This document shows, piece by piece, positions 42,401-52,782 of a stretch of DNA of 64,000 bases. The stretch is from positions 2,728,001-2,792,000 of the forward strand of contig NC_135253.1 in the NCBI RefSeq assembly GCF_964204865.1. Direction: 5' to 3'. Each line of letters begins with the position of its first letter. The first letter of the stretch is position 1. The notes under the pieces were generated by a model. That model was not told where the DNA came from and did no database searches. It was given only the letters and a program-made list of their open reading frames with translations. The position numbers and the translations under genes are program-made. This DNA comes from Styela clava. Taxonomy: Eukaryota.

Positions 42401-44520
42401 CGAATGAAGCAGCGCCAATGTGGACGTGTGCTTTGTTGCCAAGGGATCCAGTTGATTGAAATTCCAAGCGGGCAAACATATGCTGTATTGGTCCAGCAGA
42501 CTGGTTTGGGCTGTTAACAAGATACTTAAAAAAACGTTAATGAAACGAAGCCCCATTCTATTAATCATACCCATATTAGCATTATAAATTCGTGAATAAT
42601 CAGAACGATACTTGCTCATTTTTTTCATACTACCGATAATCCGCATGATTCCTGGAGTGTGTACTTCGTTACATGTCATTGTCATTCAGTATTTCCAGGG
42701 ATATTTTGCAGTGAGCGCTGTCAACTCCCGAATTTTAACATTGCTGTCAGATTCATCGTAGGGAAGAGAGCTGTCTTGCGCTAAACAGTGAAGTGATCTA
42801 TTATCGGCGATATGTTCAAGTCCTCGTCTAATAACAAAGTTATTCAATTAAATTACTATCACATTGATCGGAATTTTGTACTGGCCTTGCGTGTTTTGCT
42901 CACTACATGTAGTAAGCATCAATCTCCGTTACAAACGTTCCCGAGGACAAATGTTTCTGAATAATTTCTTCGTAATAAACGCCAGACTTTTCTCTGCGAT
43001 GTACATCAGATAAAATTCTACATCCCGTCGTCTACCATGATCTCTAAAAAGTTTTTTTCTAATATCGTTACGTTGTCCTACTATTAAAGAATTAACCATG
43101 TGTTGGTCACGAGAAATAGTCATTTTAGAGGGGTTGGGATTTAGTGAGCATGACGATATTCTAAAATGCCCACCGCGTACGTCTATTACATGTCCTGAAG
43201 AATTCCATTGTTAAATTTTACCTAAACGTTTTGAATGTGGAATCTAGAAAGTCGCAACCTTGTTCAGCATGTGGTCGAAAAACGGGATTGGTTGGTGGAT
43301 GAAGTGTTGGACGTTTGAGAGAATCGTGCTTATTCTTGCACCATAAAATGCATATACCGTGTTCATCCGATACACATATCCCAGCTGCGCAGATGTATGT
43401 TTCAAAAAAGGGTCGTTGGTAAAGGCGGCCAATCAAGACGTGCTCCTCTGAATGTGTCTTGATAAGCTCCTATCAATTTGAGATCTGTGATACCTGTCAA
43501 ATAATGCAAGAATGGAATGTAGTCGCAATTTTCACAAAAATTCCCAGCAACCTAAGGGACATATGACTTCAGCAACGGGAAAGGCATTAAAAGCCTCTTT
43601 AATATATCCTATGTCATGAGTCCCGACGAGCGAGTTAAATGCATGAATATCGTGAGTACGATTTAGGAATCTACATGATGCGTTATTTAATTCCATCCCA
43701 CGCCACATATCCCCAATTGTGATGGTCAAGGCTGACCAAACTGTATGAGAAATAGAACGGTTGTGGCCAGTGAATGACAATTTAGACCAAAGAACGGTTG
43801 GTCAGGAGCAAAACCATGAGGTACTAATAGAACTGAAATTGGAACCTAAGTACTTAAAAACAGAGATCGCACAGTAATACCTGCAGTGGAGTTGCTTTAC
43901 AAAGTTTAATATATCCGTACTTTTTACCTGATACCTGATACGTAACTTAATATTATACTTAGCTTTATTATTTCTGCAGCAATTGGCACATTCCTTTGTG
44001 TCATGTACATTTCCTCGAAGATTCAAAGGTTATTCCGGTTTATCTGGCCGCTCCGTCCGCTGATGTATGCGATTGGTAGAAGTCATTTGTAAAGTAAAGG
44101 TTCGTAAAAAATCGGTGGCAGGTTGTGGTTTTGACTATGCTTCTAATGGTGCTTTTGCGTCTGCGGGTGAATTTATAAATGTTTGTAAATTGGGCAAAAT
44201 AGTCCAAAACGTCTGATTGGATTTGGCTAGCATCAAAGAAAGTTTGTGGTCTTTTCCATAACGAAGTCTTACACCCCCATCCTATCTCAAATTTGAAGAA
44301 GATTTCAATGAATCAACTATAGTCTCATAGAATCCATGAGATGGCATTCTCGGGAGATGCACTGAATGATCAGGACAGCTGGCAGCTTGTAGCAAGTTCT
44401 GAATTCGATGTTGAATGCTTAAGTCTCGAGCTAATGGTAATGAATTGATATTTCTTCTTTGGATTCTGTTCTGTTCGTCTGTTCTTTTCCTAAACAACAA
44501 CTTGTTATATATATATCATT
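39470..44520 (-). mobile_element. Degraded Helitron-like element: Cys-rich N-terminal region + HUH Rep core; helicase not seen
   Basis: Rep motif I YWMTMTCN; motif II FARLEFQSTGSPGNKAHVHI; downstream THDYS..RCLKR..CRVP; upstream VICPLGCWEF, GARLDW, LHPPTNP; boundaries uncertain. Confidence 0.7.
39795..42840 (-). repeat. Tandem array of a ~1160-bp unit covering the Rep core (39795-40953, 40954-42118, partial 42119-42840)
   Basis: Junction atcgtg at 39795, 40954 and 42119; near-identical ORFs repeated three times in the ORF track. Confidence 0.9.
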
Positions 44521-44829
44521 AGCGCGTGCATTGTCAGCCGATCTCAAAAATGGGAGAAGAGCTACGTAATGTAAGTCATTAGATAAATAACCAATATTAA
44601 CCACTTGAGAAAAAGGGCCAAACGAACCAAAATGTTTCGTCCTATCGTTCCATAAACGAATTGTTATTTGTTAGCGGATACAATGCAGCTATAGCATAAA
44701 AACAACATGTCTGAGCCCATTCACGATTGACCTAAATTGCTCGCATTATCCGGTTTATTAGGTAAGCCTAAGTATCGCATACCATCTATAATTGAAATGT
44801 AGGGCTGTAGGCGCAGTCGCCATCTCCAG

Positions 44830-45784
44830 AATTGTTTAAGAGTTTTATTTATTCGGGTTAAAATACTTTCCAGTTGACACTCCAGGTAATTAATGTCTCA
44901 CCATAAATTGCCAATTACCTCGGTTATCCTGCCAGTATTCTCCTGAATAAAGCCCGTAAACGTGCTAGAAACAAAATTCACCATTACGGAACTATACCTG
45001 AGTTTTGGGTATTTAGACTTGATGAATCCAGCGGTCGTCAATGGGTTACATTGGTCCGTCTCAAATGAAAGTCCATTATTCGTGCAAAATGTTTTTGTAC
45101 TAAAACATCATTGTACATACGCACCACATAAGCCCTACTGGTGAATACTAGTTCCCAATTCGGAAAAATCTAATCGGTAAATTTCACCTGACGTATTATA
45201 ATGCAATGCCATTTTTGATTTGAAATTTTTAAAAGGGGGGCAATCTATCAAGGGTAATTTTTCCAAATACTTGTCTGAGTACCTACAGTACAAGATCCCG
45301 AATTAATACTACAATCCTGAAAATGGACCTAATAGAGTGCCCTTAATATGGTCGTAATAAATTGTAGTAAATGCCAAATGTGCATTAAAAACTTCCCCAG
45401 TTGTCGTTGTTGGCCACTTGTATTCATATGCTACTTCATTATTAGTAGACCAAAAATTTTCTGAGGTTGATTTCAGATCACCTATATTTTCAGTCTTCAA
45501 AGAGTGCTTCCAATATTGGCAATATAAAGAAGTCGAAGGATCAGGCAGACATACAGTGTAATATTAGTATATGCTGACGATAATTTATGTGCTGTGGCAT
45601 TGCAATATTCTACTTGGGTGATTGGTTGTTTTTCACAAGTCGGTGGTTCCGTAATGGAGTATTCCGCAATGGTTACCTTGGGATCGCAGAAGTTCACTGA
45701 TACTGTTGGGCTCGAGGAATTAAGAGGTAAAGCAATAGAAATAATATATACGTCTGATATTAAACTAATAGTAAGCGTAATCAT
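44830..45784 (-). pseudogene. Env-like glycoprotein N-terminal half (copy B)
   Basis: Signal-like MITLTISLISDVYIISIALP; TVSVNFCDPKVTIAEYSITEPPTC; YRLDFSELG..FCTNNGLSFETDQC..GFIQENTGRITEVI, matching copy A; directly follows integrase. Confidence 0.75.
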
Positions 45785-45879
45785 GCTGGCGGTTCTGGCG
45801 AGTTGTTCTACCGGAACGCGTTGTTGTTGGCGGTTCAGGCCTGTTTAAAAACAATAACGCTGTTTCAGTACTCGGCTCA

Positions 45880-47445
45880 GTTGGTTTTTCAATGCCATAT
45901 TCAATATGCGCAAGTTTAATTTTATCTATATATACTAACAGTTTGTGGATTACCATTAATATCTACTTTATAGTATTTTGCATACATTTCCAACAATTTG
46001 AATGGACAAACATAAGGCGGTATTAAAAGTTTTTCAACTGCATTAACACGTAAAACTACGTGTGTGCAATCTTTTAGTTCCTTTGATAAAGAGGTTTTTC
46101 TATGTTGGGGGATTTTTGGATTGGCTGGTCTCAAGTCTTAAACGAATTGTCTAAGACGCGCTATAAACTCATAAGGGGATTCTATGTCCTCATTAATATC
46201 GTTTGAAACAAAATCCCCAGATAAACGTAACGACGATCTGTAAACTAATTCAGCCGATGATAAACTTAAATTTAATTTTATTGCCGTGCGTATCCCTAAC
46301 AAAACTAAACTTAAATTTTGATACCACTCATGGTTGTTTGAACATTGTGCCATGCGACTATATGGGTGATAAATTGTAGTGTATATATGCTGACCTAAGA
46401 ATTTTATCATTTTAGCCCATAAAGAACTTCTAAATTGAGCACCCCTGTCAGTAGTTATTACAGTAGGAGATCCAAATCAACTTACCCAGGATAAGAGAAA
46501 AGTTTTTACGACAGTTCCGGCAGTTATGTCTCGCATTGGCGTTACTTCGGCCCAACGGGTAAATTTATCAACCGTTATTAATAAATAAGAATAATCAAGG
46601 TCCAATTATATTCGTATTCACTTCTGAAAATCTTTTATTAGGAGCTAAAATGGGTTGTAATGGGGAAATGGTATGCCTCGTTTCTGGCAAGGTATACAAG
46701 CTCGACACATTTTCCTAATATCTGAATTCATATTTGGTCATGCATATCTAGCTCAAAGTCCCGGGTGGCTAAGGTTATGCAAGTAATCAAAAATCTGTTC
46801 AAAATCAAAGTTAACGCTTGAACTGAGGTATCAACAAAAGCTAATTGTAAACTCATTTGATTAGCTAGCAGTGCCTGTACTTCTGGGTCCCTATTTTGCT
46901 ATTGAGCGATCGAAGCAAGAGAAAGAGGAGGAGAAAGATCAGAAATTGCTGCAATTGTTGATCTGGAGAGCGCATCTGCTACGATATTTGCGGACCCGGT
47001 ATATATCTAATATCACAAGTAAATTGACTGATATAATCGAGATGTCTGCTTTGCCGAGGTGGCGTCTATGTTTTTATGCAAAGCAAATGAAAGAAGTTTG
47101 TGATGAGAAAGAATAAAGAATTCCCGACCTTGAACATAATAGTGAAAGTGTCGAATACTTAGATAGACTGCGAGAAGTTCTCGATCAAATGTAGAATATT
47201 TTTGTTGAGCGCTATTGAGAGCTTTGCTGAACACCACTGCTCTCCTATCTTTTGTTATAAGAAAGCGCCAACATCTGTTAGACTTGCGTCGACGGCTATA
47301 AAAAGTTCTGCATCGGGTTTCGGCTGATTAAGCATAATAAAATTACTCGGAGCATTTTTGGACTTTTCAAAAGCTAATTTAGTGTCGGCTGTCGATAGTA
47401 CAGGCTGATTTTTATTAACATGTAAAAAGATGTAAAAAGTTGTTC
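45880..47445 (-). mobile_element. Gypsy pol fragment (RNase H + integrase), element B
   Basis: FIAVDASLTDVGA; FSKALNSAQQKYSTFDRELLAVYLSIRHF; DKFTRWAEV; VLLGIRTAIK..SSAELVY..LRLSGDF; THVVLRVNAVEKLLIPPYVCPF..IDKIKLAH. Confidence 0.85.
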
Positions 47446-47533
47446 TCAAGTGGATAATTTGGTTTTAACAGGGTATTTCGAATTTACGTTGTTGAAAATA
47501 TATTGGAAATGAAATTTATTTTTACATGGGATG

Positions 47534-47682
47534 GCACCGGAAGGCTATGAAAATTTGAAATTGGATTTCGAGAAATTGATAATTGCTATTGCGGGAATAA
47601 TTAAATCTGTTTTTCATAAGTTTCTCACAAATTGGGCCAATTTGGTGTAGTTTTGTAGTTACATAACAACTAATTGGCTACA
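47534..47682 (-). repeat. 3' LTR (5' portion) of element A
   Basis: Direct repeat of 52640-52782, beginning TGTAGCCAATTAG on the minus strand. Confidence 0.85.
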
Positions 47683-47694
47683 TAACTCCCCTTC
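47683..47694 (-). promoter_or_regulatory. Polypurine tract
   Basis: GAAGGGGAGTTA immediately before the TG of the 3' LTR. Confidence 0.75.
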
Positions 47695-48009
47695 AAGAGT
47701 TCAGAGAATTCGAGGGATGCAATTTGGGCTGAGAAAGCGGAAATGACGTGCTGTCTTCATAAAATTCAACAAAAAATAAAGAATAATATTTAAGCTGTAT
47801 AAAGGTAGAGTGAATATAATTATTCCTGAGAAATTTATGCATGAGGTATATTATTGTTATAGACATTGGTGTAAATGCACAAAGTAATGCATTGTAAAAC
47901 ACATGCTAGAAAAAAATCATGTTAAAGTATAATATGTACAATATGAACATCGCTATTTGACTAATCTGCCAGACTATGGTAAAAGTTCGAATTGAATCTA
48001 TTATTGGGA

Positions 48010-49658
48010 TTTAGTCTAGCTTGAGAGATTTAACCCCCCCCCCCCTCAGTTTTGGGCAAAATTTTTTGATAAAACAAACGGTCCAAATAGTGGCCCAAAT
48101 GAGAGACAAATGGAATAAGAGCATATAAATACCTGATAAAATTGACGTGCTAATGAAGGAGAGAGCATGAGCAAAAGTGTCTTGCACTTCATGTGAGATA
48201 GCATCAGTATCAGTGTCTGATGTGCTATCTGTATTAGGTGGGTTTGCTCACTAAATATTCGTTCTCGAATAGGGTTAATGTAGCTGATTGATAATAACAT
48301 ATTATTTATATCATCATAACCCTGGTGTCCCCTTGGTAATTCGTTATATGCTTCATTGTAATTAATAGGATTAAAATTGTCGACAAAAGGCTTGGATGTG
48401 GGTCTCAATGATTTCAGCATGATTTAAAGTATAATTGACGTAGTTTTAGAACCGACCATCAATTTGAAAAGTGCGTAATAAAATATACGACCATGCGTAT
48501 AATTTTCAAAAAAAATGAATACCCACATAAGCGTTAGAATCAGGGAATATTTGTGCAATGATTGTTTCATTGCTATTAAAGTGCACTTAAGGTCGGGTAG
48601 CATATTTACCCTGAAAAAAAGAGGTTCCTAAGAACGGTAACGTTAATACGTTGGGATTCAATTTCGGTCAATATATCACTTACGATGATAGCTGCTCTGT
48701 TCCCACCTAGTAACTGACTTAGGGTCTTACCGGGGTATTGTTTAGACAGGCATTTAATATTAGTAGTTAGAATGCTTTCAAATTGGAATTCCAAATAATT
48801 AATATCAATTTGTTGATTACTTCGGAAACCCTATCAGTGCTTTCTTGAATAAAACCAACTAGAGGAGAAGATTCTGAAAAATTCTTAACACTATAATCGT
48901 ATTTAAAGGCAGGATATTTGAGAGTAAAAAGGGATGAACCACTAAGTGCAATGCAGTGTTGCGTTTCGAATAACAAACCATTATTTGAACAAAAAGTGTC
49001 AGACTTAAAACATCTTTTAACTGACTTGCCATATGAACCCCAATTATGGATTGATTGCCGAAGTCTTGGAAAATCTAAGCGGTAAATCTGGTTAGAAGAA
49101 TTATAATGTGAAATAAGTTCGGCAACAGTTGTTTCGAATTGAGGACAATCAATTAAAGGTTGGTGTTTCCAAATTAAAGTTTGACTACCTAACGTGCATG
49201 ACCCAGGTAATATGTCGCAGGTGGAAATTGACGGGGAAGATCCTAAGATTACCCGATGAAAAGGATCACATACGAAAATTGAATACGAGACAAATAAGCA
49301 TTGATCACTTGTCTGTGTCTAGAGCATGGCCAACTATAGGTAACTTTTACCTTATTTTAAGTGGACCAAGTATTTGGGGAAGTGGGTTCTAAATCTCCAA
49401 TATTATCAGCTTTTAACGTGTGTACCCAATCTTCACAATATAAAGGGGTGGGTGGTTCTATCATGGTGGAAGTCAGTTTATTCGGTTCCCTAGTACGCTA
49501 CAATTATTAGGCTTCTGAATGAAGTATCCAGCTTTGGGTCTATTGGGATGGCATAGGTTCACTGTAACTGTTGGAGTTGGTAAAGCAGATTTAAATGGCA
49601 GACTAGACAAATAAACAAAAAGATACATACAGTTTGCAAGGCACTTAATAGTAAACAT
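48010..49658 (-). pseudogene. Env-like class III (gB-like) glycoprotein of element A, frameshifted
   Basis: Signal-like MFTIKCLANCMYLFVYLSSLP; VTVNLCHP..IQKPNNC; YRLDFPRL..FCSNNGLLFETQHC; KQYPGKTLSQLLGGNRAAIIVSDIL..NVTVLRNL..YATRP*VHF..IAQIFPDSNAYVG..NYVNYTL; C-terminal hydrophobic segment. Confidence 0.75.
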
Positions 49659-52095
49659 ATTCGTCTCTCTGCGCCGGTCTGCTTGTTCTTCCGTGTCGAG
49701 TCCTTGATTGTAATTATCCCGAACCTTGATGATTGCTATTAGATTCCTCGTTCTGCGTAATAAGTAAAAAGTCGTCAATATCGGTGGATATTGGTACGTT
49801 ATATCTGTGTATTAGTACGTCAAATTCAGTAGTTGGGGTAGTTGAATTAGAAATGTTCTGAGTATCGGGAGTAAAAATCTCTTCATGAGCCGGCTTAACT
49901 CTATCAATAAAAACAGTGGTAGGTTTGCCTTTAAAATCAATCCTAAAACAATTACTGTATTTTTGTATAACACGAAAAGGTCCTTGATGAGGCGGTACCA
50001 GTGGTCTTCTAACTGCGTCAACAGGTAGAAATATGTGACTGCAAGTATTCAATTCCGGTGATAAGAATGTCTTTCTATTTTGAGGTGTTCTCGGTTGGAT
50101 TGGTTTTAACTTATTGATGACATTGTTCAAGCGTTTCAAAAACGCCTGACGGTTAGTGTTGATACCCGCTTGGTTGGTCGAGAAAAATTCTCCAGGTAAT
50201 TTCAATGGTGTTCCATAGAGCAGTTCAGCGCTACTGTATCCTCAGTCTTATTTAATCGCAGTTCGCATGCCAAGTAGAACTAAATCTAAGTTTTGATACC
50301 AATCTGCAGTATTCCGGCAGTGGGTCATAAAAGATGCTTTTAATTGTCGTATTTGTCTTTCAACAGCTGCATTTGAGGCTGGGTGATAGCTAGTTGTTGA
50401 GATAGAAGAAATTCCATTGCTTCTTGCCATAGAATACTTTGATGACAACCTCCACGGTCACTGGTGATAATTGCAGGTACGCCATATTTAGAAATTCCAG
50501 AACAGGAAAAATGTTTTAACTACTGTTTCAGCTGTAATGCCTTTGATAGGAATAGCTTCAACCCATCTAGTAAATTTGTCCACAACGAGAAGTATATAAT
50601 TATATCCGTTAGATGGTGGTAAAGGTCAAACAATGTCAATATTAACATGGTAGAATCTTTCGTCTTGAGTTACGATAGTTTGCAAAGGTGATATGGTGTG
50701 AATTTACATGATTGACGAGAAATACACGCTCGGCACATGTTCCTAATGTCAATGTGCATGTTTGGCCAAATGTATCTTGCTTGAATAGGATCTTGAGTTG
50801 CTCGAATTCCAGGGTGACTTAATTGATGATTCGTATTGAATATACGTTTTCGGAATTTCTTCGGAATAACTGGGCGTGGTGTAGGTAGTTTTGAATCGCA
50901 TAATAGATGTAAATCGTCACTACATTTCACAAATCGTAACTCCATGCTTTTAGGTTCATTGTACAAGTTTTGAATTCTTACGTTGTTCCAAAGCGATGTA
51001 AGACAATGTTAGAGTTGTAGGCAAGTGAGAGAATGCGGCGATTGTCGCTCTAGGCTAGACAAAGCATGGGCTACCACATCACTGCTTTCATCAATATATT
51101 TCATGTCATTTGTGTTTTGACTTCAAGATGATCAAGATGACGAACATGTCGTGGAGATGATCTTTCGGCAATTTTGTGTAGGACATACTTCAATGGTTTA
51201 TGGTCAGATAGAATGAAAAACAATCGTTCTTCCAAATCATATTGAAAAAGTTTGACACTTAGATAAGCAGCCAGTAGTTCCCGATCAAAAGTAGAATTTT
51301 TCCGTTGGGCTGGATTTAACGATTTTGAGAAGAATCCTAATGGTTCCCATTATTTATTTCTCTTTTGTTGTAATACATTTCCAATAGAATCTCCTAAAGC
51401 GTCCACCGCAAGAGATATTTCTGCTTCTGGGTCTGGGTGGTTCAATAATGCAAAATCAATCGATGTATTTTTCGATTTCTCAAAAGCTTCGTCGTGTTCT
51501 TTGGTCCAAGTAATTTTCTGATACTTGTTCGAATAATGAGAGCACATTTTATGAGGTGGAGCCAATATGTTAGCACAATGAGGTAAACATTTTTGGCAGA
51601 AAGTATATATTCCCAAGTAAGCACGTAGCTGTCGATTGGTTTTCGGACGCGTATAGTTCCTTAAAGCATGTACCTTTGATTCGATAGGTCTTATTCCTAT
51701 ATTATTCACATGATATCCAAGAAATGTTAATTCAGGTACTCCAAACAGACATTTGTCAAAATTAAGTATTAGACTGTAGTCGTGTATTCTTTGAAAGTTG
51801 TCTAAGATGCTTTTCGTGTTCTTTCAGTGATTTGGAAAATACCAAAATATCGTCGACATAAGCGAAAACATTTGGAATATTGCAGATTACCATGTCGATG
51901 AATCTTTGGAAAGTCGATCCAGAATTTTTAGTGCCATATGTAGTCACGTGATATCGAAATGCGCCAAAAGGTGTAACTACCGTTGTTTTGTCCATGTCTT
52001 CGGATTTCATCGGAACTTGATGATAAGCAGATCGCAAGTCAACCTTCGTAAATATTTCCGATCCATGGATTATCATGAGGTTGCGCGTTCATAAA

Positions 52096-52110
52096 ACGTC
52101 GGAATCACCA
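52096..52110 (-). promoter_or_regulatory. Primer binding site complementary to the tRNA-Trp 3' end
   Basis: TGGTGATTCCGACGT, two transitions from TGGTGACCCCGACGT; lies 2 nt after the LTR end ...AATCGCTATA. Confidence 0.75.
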
Positions 52111-52112
52111 AA

Positions 52113-52782
52113 TATAGCGATTGGTTACCACTATACATAAATTGTTTGTTGATTGATCCTGTTTGTGGATCATAACTCCAGCATTGACTGACAATAATTT
52201 TTTTTTGCGTTCGTTAACTTGAACTGTCTATCTGTCGATAGCCTCCAGGGAAAAAAAAAAAGAGACTGTCGATAGCAGTAAAGAGACGTTTGAAACACTT
52301 TATGAGTTTTATTGCAATTCTGACAATATACACAGAAATACAGTACACACACAATTAGATCAAATCTAACACATAAAACACATTGCATAATTTTTTGCTT
52401 TCTACAAAGCAATTGAAATATAATAAAAAAACGGATTTTTACATTAACAATTAAAAAAATAACGCGTCATCCCGGTTTCTGGGTATCTTTCGGTATACTA
52501 TAATGAAACATTAAAAGTGTTTTCTTAAAGTTCATTACAGTACTAGCAATTAACTTGTTTTTGCCAAGTCATCGAGTCCTGGTCACGTACTTACTTCAAT
52601 TATGAGATGTAAAAAGGGGGGGGGGGGGGGGGGGGGGGGGCACCGAAAAGCTATTAAAATTTGAAATTCGAGAAATTGATAATTGCTATTGCGGGAATAA
52701 TTAATTTTGTTTTTCATGGGTTTCTCACGAATTGGGCCAATTCGGTGTAGTTTTGTAGTTACATAAGAACTAATTGGCTACA
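52113..52782 (-). repeat. 5' LTR of element A
   Basis: Starts TGTAGCCAATT and ends AATCGCTATA (imperfect terminal inverted repeat); followed by PBS; contains a 25-nt G run (52616-52640). Confidence 0.7.

Larger units (their letters stand above)
47534..52782 (-). mobile_element. Ty3/Gypsy (CsRn1-like) LTR retrotransposon with env-like ORF, element A; gag/protease deleted, pol disrupted
   Basis: 5' LTR ~52113-52782, PBS, RT (KVDLRSAYHQV..TPFG..FAYVDDILVFS), RNase H (LAVDA..FDRELLAAY), integrase ([42 protein letters not shown]), env-like ORF, PPT, start of 3' LTR. Confidence 0.9.

Noticed and set aside
39795-42840. CRISPR-like or prokaryotic repeat system
   Set aside because: Units are ~1.16 kb coding duplications without spacers, and the context is eukaryotic with introns
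37872-45784. Single env gene split by the Helitron-like insertion
   Set aside because: The two halves overlap by about 20 codons around KQY/F with different sequences, so they are separate copies
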